From the NCBI GenBank assembly GCA_038087875.1, contig CM075995.1, forward strand, positions 684,001 through 748,000: a DNA stretch of 64,000 bases, in the 5' to 3' direction. This document shows positions 25,508 to 37,313 of this stretch, in pieces; position 1 is the stretch's first letter, and every line of letters starts with the position of its first letter. Position numbers and translations under genes: made by a program. The stretch is from Malacoraja senta. Its lineage: Eukaryota. Below the pieces are notes generated by a model. It worked only from the letters and a program-made list of their open reading frames with translations. It did no database searches and was not told the DNA's origin.

Positions 25508-28194
25508 TCTCACACCCCAGAGACGTGCAGATTTGGAGGTTAACTGACTTCTGTAAATTGTCCCCAGTGTGTGTAGGATAAAACCCATGTACCGTGATCG
25601 CTGGACTTGGTGTGGACTTAGTGTGGATTCGGTGGGCTGAACGACCTGTTTTCACACTGTATCTCTATACACTAAACTAAAGAGTTGCCGATTGGGACAA
25701 ACCAACACAAAGTGCTGGAATAACACTGCACGCCAGGCAGCTTCTCGGATAGGTGACATTTTGCACTGAGACCCTTCTTAACACTGATTATTGGGGGGTG
25801 GGGAAAGAAAGCAGGGAAAATGGAGATACAGGACAAAGCCTGGTAAGTGATAGGTGGATACAGGTGAGGGGGGGGGGGTAGATAGGCCAATGGGTGGAGC
25901 AAGTGACCACAATTACTGCAATCCCAAGCTTTCTTGGTTCATGACAGACACAAAATGCTGGAGTAACTCAGCGGGACGGGCAGCATCTCTGGAGAGAAGG
26001 AATGGGTGATCAGTCTGAAGGAGAGGGGAGAAGAGAGTGCCCGGGGTGCGACCTCTTGATTATGCTGCTGGCCTTGCCGTGGCAGAGTGAGGTGTAGATG
26101 GAGTTAATGGAAGTGAGGTTGGTTTTCTGGAACACAGTGACGACTTCATTGAAATGCACACTTCTGTACAGGGACGACTTCATTCTTGTCTAAAGAAGGG
26201 TCTCAATAGACAATAGACAATAGACAATAGACAATAGGTGCAGGAGTAGGCCATTCGGCCCTTCGAGCCAACACCGCCATTCAATGTGATCATGGCTGAT
26301 CATCCCCAATCAGTACCCCCTTCCTGACTTCTCCCCATATCCCCTGACTCTGCTATCTTTAAGAGCCCTATCTAGCTCTCTCTTGAAAGTATCCAGAGAA
26401 CCGGCCTCTGAGGCAGAGAATTCCACAGACTCACAACTCTCTGTGAGAAAAAGTGTTTCCTCTTCTCCGTTCTACATGGCTTACCCCATATTCTTAAACT
26501 GTGGCCCCTGGTTCTTGACTCCACCCGAAACATCACCCATTCGTTCTCTCCAAAGATGCTGCCTGTGAGTTATGAGTTACTCCAGCATTTTGTTTCAATC
26601 TTCGATTTAAACCAGCATCTGCAGTTCCTTCCTACACTTCCTTGATTCATGTTCCATCCTACAGTGCCGTGAGAATTAGGGTCCATGTACCTTATTCTCA
26701 CCAGTGACTACTTTCCCTTGCTGTTCATTATATCTATCCAAATTGGGAAGTGTGGACAAGTTGGGCCGAAGGGCCTGTTTCCACACTGTATGACTCTAAA
26801 TTGGTCCCGTGCCCTGAATCTTTCAAACAAAGTCATTTCGCATCATGACACAGATCTCATGATTTATTAACAGAGCTATCCCACCTCTGTTTTCCTTCTG
26901 CTTAGCTTTGCAAAATGTCAAGCAACCCAAAATATTCAGTAGGTCACCTTGCAAAAAGTCTCCAATGGCTGTGAGAGAAATTCACCTATCATGTAACAAA
27001 TGCTGTGTGAATTCAGATAAAGAGACTTTAATTTGTATTCTTCGACAATCGTCCCATCCTCCACTCTTCTGGACATGCTGTCTCTTCCTCTCACGTTCTT
27101 CCAATCTTTACTCATATCACAATCTTCACAAATAGCCTTCTCATCAATATCTATATTATTTTAAGCTATCCTTTTACCCTGAACCTTTTCCCCCTATCTC
27201 ACTGTTCATCAATTCATAGGTTCATAAGTGATAGGCGCAGAATTAGGCTGTTTGGCCCATCAAGTCTACTCTGCCATTCAATCATGGCTGATCTCAACCC
27301 CATTCTCCTCCCTTCTCCCCATAACCCCTGACACCCGTACTAATCAAGATTCTGTCAATCTCCGCCTTAAAAATATCCACCGACTTGGCCTCCACAGCCT
27401 TCTATGGCAATGAATTCACCACCCTCTGACTAAAGAAATTCCTCCTCATCTCCTTTCTAAAGGTACGTCCTTTTATTCTGAGGCTGTGACCTCTGGCCCT
27501 AGACTCTCCCACTAGTAGGAGAATGGGGTTGAGAGGAAAAGGTAGATCAGCCATGATTGAATGGTGTAGACTTGATGGGCCGAATGGCCTAATTCTGCTC
27601 CTAGAACATATGAACCAATGAATGTATAGAAGCTGCGAATGTCAAAAGAGTTTTTTTGCCTTGTTTTGTACATATTTTTCATTCTGAATAGTTTATGTTT
27701 GGAAATTAAAAATAATTAAGATACATTCAGGTCTGTGATCTTGTTAGCACAAAGCCAATAGTTTCACACACCTCAGAGAGTAATCCAGTTCCCTTCCACA
27801 TACCAAATACTTGCGGGTTTGTAGGTTAATTGGTCTCTGTAAATGATCAGCCATGTCAGGGGATACGGGGAGAAAGCAGGAACGGGGTACTGATTGGGGG
27901 TGATCAGCCATGATCACATTGAATGGCGGTGCTGGCTCGAAGGGCCGAATGGCCTACGCCTGCATCTATTGTCTATAAATCGCCCCTCGTGTGCAGGGAG
28001 TGGACGAGGAAAATTAGATAACATCAAACTTGTGTGAACGGACGGTAGCTGGTCATAAGATCATAAGTGATATGAGTAGAATTAGGCCTTTTCGGCCCAT
28101 CATGTCTGCGCCATTCAATCATGGCTGATCTATCTCTCCTTCCTAACCCCCTTCTCCTGTCTTCCCCCCATAACCTCTGACACCCATACTAATG

Positions 28195-28545
28195 AAGCAC
28201 TTCAACTCCCCCCTCCATTCCGATTCCGACCTCTCTGTCCTGGGCCTCCTCCATGGCCAGAGTGAGCACCACCGGAAATTGGAGGAGCAGCACCTCATAT
28301 TCCTCTTGGGCAGTCTGCACCCCAGCGGCATGAACATTGACTTCTCCAATTTCCGGTAGCCCTTGCTGTCTCCTCCCCTTCTCAGCTCTCCCTCAGCCCT
28401 CTGGCTCCTCCTCTTCCTTTCTACTTGCCGACCCCCCCCCCCCACCCTACATCGGTCTGAAGAAGGGTTTTGGCCCGAAACGTTGCCTATTTCCTTCGCT
28501 CCATGGATGCTGCACCTGCTGAGTTTCTCCAGCACTTTTATCTAC
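28195..28545 (+). mobile_element. Penelope-like element 3' fragment (end of GIY-YIG endonuclease ORF plus terminal repeat)
   Basis: HFNSP...DLSVLGLLHGQSEHHRKLEEQHLIFLLGSLHPSGMNIDFSNFR* followed by CTGAAGAAGGGTTTTGGCCCGAAACG. Confidence 0.85.
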
Positions 28546-28989
28546 CTAATGAAGAATCTATCTATCTCTGCCTTGGTGCAGGACAGAACGCCACAGCAGA
28601 TCCTTCTTCCCTGTGGCTATCAAACTTTAGAACTCCTCCCCCTTCTGTCGTGGGGTAGTCTGAGACTGAGACTGACTCCCCTCCCTCCACCCTCCTCAAT
28701 CTTTGCACATCCCCCAAGCCCTTCCACTCCTCACTTTAATTTCATGTTTCATGTGTTTTATGAATGTTGGCAGATCAATTTCCAACCTGGGATAAATAAA
28801 GTTCTATTGTATCGTATAAATATCCACTGACTTGGCCTCCACAGCCTTCAGCGGCAAAGAATTCCACAGATGGGCTGAAGGACCTGCTTCCAAGTTGTAT
28901 CTCAATCCATTCACTCTGGGCATCGGGCATGTTACTAGATGAATGTGGCAAATGGCAGATTGGACAGAAGACACAAAAAGCTGGAGTTA

Positions 28990-29870
28990 AGGGCCTGTCC
29001 CACTTACGTGTCCTTGGCACGCAAATTACGCGAACTCGTGGTCGCGTTGAGCCGCGATGGTCCCGCGAAGGTCAGGCACGATTACATGCGTCCGCACAGC
29101 CGTCTGGAGCGAGTGACGCCTGTGCGGCAGCATCTCTGGAGAGAAGGAATGGATGATGTTTCGGGTCGCTGACTCTTCTTCAGTCTGAAGAAGGGTCTGG
29201 ACCCAAAACATCACCCATTGCTTCTCTCCAGAGATGCTGCCGGTCCCGCTGAGTTACTCCAGCACTTGAATGAATATGAATATGAATGAATATAACTTTA
29301 ATTGTCATTCAGGTATACACATAGACACAGTGCACATTGAACGAAATTTCGTTGCATTGACTCTTCAAAGTAACAGCGATCAGTAAAAGTGCTTAGTGTG
29401 TCCATAAAAAGTGCTTCATGTGCATAGTTAAAAAAGGAAATTTTTAAAAAGTGGCAATGTATAAGAACGTTTTTTGCATTGGTTTGACTTTGTGTCTATC
29501 TCCAATCGTCTTGGCCCCGCTCTGGGAGTAGGAGTGGGGCGGATCCGGATCCGCAACGGCCGTGAGCCCCAGGCCGAGCTCGGCAATCGTTTGCCCTCTT
29601 CTGCTCCTGTTGGAGGTGAGACGTTGCGCTGCGCCAGGGTCTTGGGCCTGTCCCACTTTGGCCATCACTTCCGCGACACGCCGTTGGCGCGAAAAGATTT
29701 CGTTCACGACAAAAATTTCGGAGCCCCGCGCGATGTCGTGCACAACTACATACCCCTCCGCGCTTCTCAGTGGGACCGGCCCCGCGCGGCCATGCGATGC
29801 CCGTACGCCTCAACACGACGATGAGGTCACATAATTTGCGTGCCAAAGACACATAAGTGGGACAGGCCCT
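28990..29870. mobile_element. PIF/Harbinger-type MITE, family A
   Basis: Long TIRs starting AGGGCCTGTCCCACTTA, TTA/TAA flanks, inserted at CTGGAG-TAA-CTCAGC of a Penelope terminal repeat. Confidence 0.85.
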
Positions 29871-29873
29871 TAA

Positions 29874-30150
29874 CTCAGCGGGTCAGGCAGCATCTCTGGA
29901 GAAAAGCAAATAGGTGACATTTCGGGTCGAGACCCTTCTTCAGATTGAGAGCCAGGCGAGAGGGAAACGAAAGATATAGACAGTGATGTGGAGAGATATA
30001 GAAGAATAGAATGAAAGATATGCAAAAAAGTAACGATAAGGGACAAGGGAAACAGGCCATTGTTAGCTCTGGGGCTTGGTGAAATCGAGTTACAGACAAT
30101 GAGACTCAACAAGATGACTTTGAGGCCGGTACAACGTGGGTGGGGGAAGG
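29874..30150 (-). mobile_element. Penelope-like terminal repeat fragment
   Basis: Matches 10790-11000; split by the MITE at 28990-29870. Confidence 0.75.
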
Positions 30151-30281
30151 GATACCCTGGGCCAATGGTTTGATTTCAATGTCTTGCTCAAACAATGGTT
30201 ACTCTGAGCACTCAGCAGTGTTCCCAGTGCGGTTTCTCCCCGGTCCAGTATTAACGTGTTATCCCAGATTTACAACATTTA

Positions 30282-30794
30282 TGGGCCTGTCCTACTTAGG
30301 CGATTTTTTTGGCGATTGTCATAGTCGTAGCAGGTCGCCGGAAAACCGGCGCCTAGACCCACCTACAACAATGTGCACGACAGTGTCTACAACAGCCCAC
30401 CACCTAGTCGATGTCAAGCTACGGCAAGCTACCGACAACCGGCGACCCATAGATACGCCCACCTACGACAACCCACGTCCACCCGCGACAAGGTACGACA
30501 ATTCAGTCGCCGGTACTTGTCGCCGGTTGACATAGGTTGACGTAGGTAGTCGCCAATGGGATTCACCGAAGTCGGCACCGGCGACAACCTACGTCATCCT
30601 GGCGACAACCTACGTCAGGCTACGATCGTTGGCGTCAAGCCCACGGGCGCCGACTGTCGCCGAAAAGTTTTGAACATTTCAAAATCCAGCGGTGACCAGA
30701 AAAATGGTACGACTTTTTGTGTGACTGAGACCACACAGGCGACAGCCTAGTCGCCTGTAGGTGTCTAAAAAATCGCCTAAGTGGGACAGGGGCA
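30282..30794. mobile_element. PIF/Harbinger-type MITE, family B
   Basis: TGGGCCTGTCCTACTTAGGCGATTTTT ... AAAAATCGCCTAAGTGGGACAGGGGCA with TTA on both flanks; interior rich in CGACAACC repeats. Confidence 0.82.
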
Positions 30795-31344
30795 TTAAGC
30801 TTCCATCTGAACTTTGACTCCATGGATTCAGCTTCAAGAACGCTGCCCAAACTCTCCCTGCCGTTTTCTGTGCTCACAAGCAAAGTGAATCTATCAGAAT
30901 ATACGTTGAACAGTGAATTTGGGGCCGGCACGGTGGCGCAGCGGTAGAGTTGCTGCCTTGCAGAGCCAGAGACCCGGGTTCGATCCTGACTACGGGTGTT
31001 GTGTGTACGGAGTTTGTACGTTCTCCCCGTGACCTGGGTGGGTTTTCCCCGGGTGCTCCGGTTTCCTCCCACACTCCAAAGGCGTGCAGGCCATTCGTCC
31101 CATCACGTCTACTCCACCATTCAATGGTGGGTGATCTATCTTTTCCTCTCAAACCATTCTCCTACTGCCTTGATGTTTGTAAAATAAAAAATTGTAAATT
31201 ATTGCTGGTGTGTGGGATAGTGCTAGTGTACTGACGATCGCTGGTCGGCACGGACTCGGTGGGCCGAAGGGCCTGTTTTCGCGCTGTATCTCTAAATTAA
31301 AAATCTAAACTGGTGGTCATTTAAAGCTAACATCAAGGCAATCC

Positions 31345-32068
31345 TTCTCCTTCTTGCGAATTAAACATAAATAAACCAAAGGACTAGTTAGATCTCAAGC
31401 CGGGTGTTGAGCAGCCAGGTTGTTGTCTCTGCGTCAATGTCTGCCAGGCCCTGAGCTCCATTTGGTGGGTGGTAGAGCGGGCACCCAGAGATGACATGGT
31501 TGGCTGTCTGTTGTTCTGCTCCGCATTCACAGGCTGGGCTCTGGCGGAGCCCCCTTATCTCCACATAGACAATAGGTGCAGGAGTAGGCCATTCGGCCCT
31601 TCGAGCCAGCACCGCCATTCAATGTGATCATGGCTGATCATCTCCAATCAGTACCCCATTCCTGCCTTCTCCCTAAATCCCCTGACTCCGCTATCTTTAC
31701 GAGCCCTATGTATCTCTCTCTTGAGAGTATTCAGAGAACCAGCCTCCACTGCCCTCTGAGGCAGAGAATTCCACAGACTCACAACTCTCTGTGAGAAAAA
31801 GTGTTTCCTCGTCTCCGTTCTAAATGGCTCACTCCTTATTCTTAAACTGTGGCCCCTGGTTCTGGACTCCCCCAACATCGGGAACATGTTTCCTGCCTCT
31901 AGCGTGTCCAAACCCTTAACAATCTTAACAACATGCTGGCATTGAAACGCCCAACTCCAGTACGAAGTCTGTTGAGCTTCACCCATGCACTTCTGGGGAG
32001 GTCAGACCCTGGTGAAGAGATGTAGCTGTGTAATGGAGATGAGGTTGCCTTCCACTCCTGTGACCACT
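31345..32068 (-). mobile_element. Vingi/Ingi-like LINE 3' fragment split by a CR1 tail (31566-31926)
   Basis: Minus strand: PGSDLPRSAWVKLNRLRTGVGRFNASM | GLRQSPACECGAEQQTANHVISGCP...LEI*, with a C-terminal CxC-H-C knuckle and a GAA-like tail. Confidence 0.7.
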
Positions 32069-33913
32069 TGTTATAAAGGCTAACATGCCATTCGCTTTCT
32101 TCACTGCCTGCTGTAACTGCATGCTTACTTTCATAGACTGATGTACAAGGACCCCCAGATCCCGTTGTACTTCCCCTTTTCCCAACTTGACGCCATTTAG
32201 ATAGTAAATAGTAGTAGATTTTGCTCAGACCGTTTACATAATTTGTGTGTGGGAAAGAACTGCAGATGCTGATTTAAATCGAAGGTAGATACAAAATGCT
32301 GGAGTAACTCAGCGGGACAGGCAGCATCTCTGGAGAGAAGGAATGGGTGACGTTTCGGGTGGTCACCCTTCTACAGACTGTTTTTTAAAATTACGTAGTT
32401 TGTAACTTGCGGCTTGGTTCGCCTGCTGTAAGGCGGACTGGGCGCCGGGATTAACTGGTACTTTCATGGGAATTAGATACTGCCTTTGACACAGGGTTTT
32501 GAAAGCAGCTGCCTCCGTCGCCAATACAGCTCAGTGGCATAAACTGCACTCGTATGACAACTCAGCTGAATAGCCGGCTTCTGATCTTATTGTTCACACT
32601 TCTGCTGACTTCACTTGTTGCTGCAAACAAAAAGAACAAGCTTTTCACCATTCCAAATTACCGCTGCCACAAAGCAGACATTGCGGCATGAGGATAAAAA
32701 TATTAAAAGGATAAATGGACATAGAAAACAAACGCACTTTGTGCTTTGGGGATAAAAAGAGATGAGAGGATGACTTCTTCACAGAATATTCCACCATGTA
32801 CGTCTATGGAGAGTGGGAGGAAATCGGCACGGTGCCACAGCGGTAGAGTCAGAAAGATAGAAACAAAGAAAAATATGTGCAGCAGTAGGCCATTCGGCCC
32901 TTCGAGCCAGCACCGCCATTCAATATGATCATCACTGATCATCTAAAATCAGTACCCCATTCCTGCTTTCTCCCCCATATCCCTAAGAGCTAATTCTAAC
33001 CCTCTCTTGAAAACATCCAGTGAACTGACCTCCACTGCCTTCTGTGGCAGAGAATTCCACAGATTCACAACTCTCTGGGTGAAGACGTTTTCCTCATCGC
33101 AGTCCTAAATGGCCTACCCCTTATTCTTAAACTGTGACTGGTTCTGGACTTCCCCAACATCGGGAAGGGCCTGTTTCCGCGCTGTATCTCTAAATTAAAC
33201 GAAATAAAACAGTCCGAGCGGTCTTTGGGGCACTTTCTGCGGCACGCGGCCTTTGAGGGAAGCACCTCCATTGTCCTTAATATTACCAACAATCTGTGGT
33301 GAACCGACCAGATTGGGGATGATCCGCCATGATCACATTGAATGGCGATGCTGGCTCGAAGGGCCGAATAGCCTACTCCTGCACCTATTGTATATTGTCT
33401 ATTGACCACATAGATGCAACGATCAAGAAGGCACACCAACGGCTCTACTTCCCGCAGACTGAGGAAACACGGCACGTCTCCAATCACTCCAGTGACGATA
33501 AAAGGCTGAGAGAGAGTGGATGTGGAGAGGATGTTTCCACCAGTGGGAGAGTCTACAACCAGAGGTGGCAGCCTCAGAATTATAGGACGTTCCTTTCGGA
33601 AGGAGATGAGTAGGAATTTCTTTAGTCAGAGGGTGATGTATCTGTGCAATTCACAGAAAGCACTGAGAAGCTCATTGGGAAAGAATCTATCATTGCCTGC
33701 TGCAATAGACCTCCCCCTGTCGATCACGGCAATGCTGCCAGGTCCTGAGGGCTTGAGTTAAAGGGAGTGGTTGAGCAGGCTAGTTCTTCACGCCCTGGAG
33801 CTCAGGAGGATGAGTGGTGATCTTACAGAGGTGCATAAAATCATGAGGGGAATAGATAGGTGAACACATGCGTCTTTTACTCATGGTAGGGAAATCAAGA
33901 ATCAGAGGATATA

Positions 33914-35737
33914 CAGTGCCCTCCATAATGTTTGGGACAAAGACCCATCATTTATTTATTTGCCTCTGTACTCCATAATTTGAGATATCCTTTGCATGCA
34001 ATGACTGCTTGAAGTCTGCGATTCATGGACATCACCAGTTGCTGGGTGTCTCATCTGGTGATGGTCTGCCAGGCCTGTACTGAAGTCATCTTTAGCTTAT
34101 GCTTGTTTTGGGGACTAGACCCCTTCAGTTTTCTCTTCAGCATATAAAAGGCATGCTCAATTGGGTTCAGATCGGGTGACTGACTTGGCCACACAAGAAT
34201 TGACCATTTTTTAACTTTGAAAAACTCCTTTGTTGCTTTTCACCATGTAGAAATTACAGCTGTGTTTATACATAGTCCCCCCCCCCCCCCCCCATTTCAG
34301 GGCACCATCATGTTTGCGACACATGGCTTCACAGGCGTTTGTAATTGCTGAGGTGTGTAGGTATAAGATGCAGATATAAGAGAGCTCTCAGCACCTACTC
34401 TTTCCTCCAGTCTTTCCATCACCCTTGGAAACTTATATTGCTGTTTATCAACATGAGGACCAAAGTTGTGCCAATGAAAGTCAAAGAAGCCATTATGAGA
34501 CTGAGAAACAAGAATAAAACTGTTAGAGACATCAGCCAAACCTTAGGCTTACCAAAATGAACTGTTTGGAACATCATTAAGAAGAAAGAGAGCACTGGTG
34601 AGCTTACTAATCGCAAAGGGACTGGCAGGCCAAGGAAGACCTCCACAGCTGATGACAGAAGAATTCTCTCTATAAAGAAAAACCCCTAAACACCTGTCCG
34701 ACAGATCAGAAACACTCTTCAGGAGTGAGGTGTGGATTTGTCAATGACCTTTGTCCGCAGAAGACTTCATGAACAGAAACACAGAGGCTACACTGCAAGA
34801 TGCAAACCACTGGTTAGCTGCAAAAATAGGATGGCCAGGTTACAGTTTTCCAAGAAGTACTTAAAAGAGCAACCACAGTTCTGGAAAAAGGTCTTGTGGA
34901 CAGATGAAACGAAGAACATATCAGAGTGATGACAAGATCAAAGTATGGAGGAGAGAAGGAACTGCCCAAGATCCAAAGCATGCCACCTCATCTGTGAAAC
35001 ATGGTAGTGTGGGTGTTATGGCCTGGGCATGTAAGGCTGCTGAAGGTACTGGCTCACTTATCTTCATTGATGATACAACTGCTGATGGTAGTAGCATAAT
35101 GAATTCTGAAGTGTATCGACACATCCTATCTGCTCAAGTTTAAACAAATGCCTCAAAACTCATTGGCCAGCGGTTCATTCTACAGCAAGACAATGATCCC
35201 AAACATACAGCTAAAGCAATAAAGGAGTTTTTCAAAGCTAAAAAATGTTCAATTCTTGAGTGGCCAAGTCAATCACCCGATCTGAACCCAATTGAGCATG
35301 CCTTTTATAAGCTGAAGTGAAAACTGAAGGGGACTAGCCCCCCAAAAAAACATAAGCTAAAGATGGCTGCAATACAGGCCTGGCAGAGCATCACCAGAGA
35401 AGACACCCAGCAACTGGTGATGTCCATGAATTGCAGACTTCAAGCAGTCATTGCATGCAAAGGATATGCAACAAAATACTAAACATGACTACTTTCATTT
35501 ACATGACATTGCTGTGTCCCAAACGTATGGTGCCCTGAAATGGAGGGGACTATGTATAAACACTGCTGTAATTTCTACAAGGTGAAACCAAAATGTATAA
35601 AAATGGCCTTTATTAAAATCTGACAATGTGCACTTTAACCACATGTGATTTTTTTCTATTACAAATCTCAAATTGTGGAGTACAGAGGCAAATAAATAAA
35701 TGATGGGTCTTTGTCCCAAACATTATGGAGGGCACTG
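33914..35737 (+). mobile_element. Tc1-family DNA transposon, near full length, defective
   Basis: TIRs CAGTGCCCTCCATAATGTTTGGGACAAAGACCC at both ends, TA duplication (33912-13 and 35738-39), inserted into a CR1 fragment. Confidence 0.95.
34453..35482 (+). pseudogene. Tc1 DDE transposase pseudogene
   Basis: MRTKVVPMKVKEAI..., [27 protein letters not shown] and terminal GYATKY*. Interrupted by several stops and frameshifts (e.g. TGA at 34558-34560). Confidence 0.92.
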
Positions 35738-37212
35738 TAGGTTTAAGTTGTAGGAAGGAACTGCAGATGCTGGTTTAAACCGAATATAGACACAAAATGC
35801 TGGAGTGACTCAGCGGGACAGCCAGCAGCTCTGGAGAAAAGGAATGGGTGACGTTTTGGGTCGAGACCCTTCTTCAGACTGAAGAATGAACTATTCCCTG
35901 TACAGAAGTGTACATTTCAATGAAGTCGTCGTCACGGCGTTCCAGAAAGCCAACCTCACTTCCATTGACTCCATCTACACGTCACTCCGCACACTCCGGG
36001 CACTCTCTTCTCCCCTCTCCCATTGTTCCCCGCGCATTAACACTATCCTGCACACACTAGGGATTATATTACATTAATAACCAAGACAATTTAGCCTACA
36101 AACCTGTCATCACCGGGTGGTGCTGCGAGTGGAAACCTCGCCAGCAGCCTGTCTGTCCTTTCGACAATTTTCATTATTTTTATTGCGTCTATATGTACGA
36201 TTTAATTTTTCTCGATATATGTCTTATGTGGAGGGTGGGTGGGAATAGGGGGAAACCGTTTTCAGTCCCTTACCTCGATGCAGATGCGACTTTTCTCCTT
36301 GTCGATTCTTCGCCCCCCCCTCGCGGCCTAACAACCGGTTTGGTGTGGCCTTTCCAGGCCGGAGACGGGCCCAGAGCTTCAGCGGCAGGCGCGGCACGAA
36401 CTCTCCATCGCGGAGCCTGGGATCCTTTGCCGAGGGTCGCCAGTGTTGGAGCTCCGACCGCGGGGGGGCCTGCTGACCGCAGCGGTCTTCGGAGCTTCTA
36501 GCTGCGGGCGTGGCGCGGACTTACCATCGCGGAGCCTGGGATTCTTTGCCGGGGATCGCCAGAAGAAGTGCTCCGACCGTTGGCCCGTGGTCTTTAACAT
36601 CGTGAAGCCGCGGTCTCCGGTAAGAAGCGGCCCATTCGGGAACTCTGATCTGTTCTGATCCGTCCCGACGTCAGTTTCGATCATCCCGACGAGAGGGCCT
36701 GTACATCGGGCCGTCTGTAGCGGCGACTGCGGAGTGTCAAGGCCCCGACCACGGGTGGACAAAGGGGGAAGTTTGACTGGACTTTATCGCCTTCCATCAC
36801 CGTGAGGAATGTTGATTCCACTGTGGTGGATGTTTATGTTAAATTCTATGGTGTATTGTGTTCTTTTTACTTGTATGGCTGTATGGTAATTCAAATATCA
36901 CCGTACCTTAATTGTGACAATAAATGTGAGCCTGAACTTGATCTTTGGAGTGTGGGAAGAAACCGAAGATCTCGGAGAAAACCCACGCCGTCACGGGGAG
37001 AACGTACAAACTCCGTACAGACAGCACCCGTAGTCGGGATCGAACCCGGGTCTCTGCCGCTGTAAGTGCTGTAAGGCAGCAACCCTACCGCTGCGCCACC
37101 GTGCCGCCCACTCTTCCTACATTTCAGTAACATGTGGCAACCGAAGCAAGTGCAATGCAGCGTCACTTAAAGATCATCCTCTACAGTAAAGCAGATTCAT
37201 TTTGCTTCTTAC

Positions 37213-37313
37213 ATGCTGCGCCACATCTTCCCCGATGTTGTAGCTGTGCTTCATATAGTCTGCAACAGACCCCATCAGCACCATGTCAAACGCCTCCACA
37301 TACGGTGCCATAT
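37213..37313 (-). CDS. CAP2: CAP2 second coding exon (helical folded domain)
   Basis: cttccag|AT ATG GCA CCG TAT GTG GAG GCG TTT GAC ... GTG GCG CAG CAT|gtaaga gives (D)MAPYVEAFDMVLMGSVADYMKHSYNIGEDVAQH. 101 nt, phase 1 to 0, in frame with the preceding exon. Not in the supplied ORF track. Confidence 0.93.
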
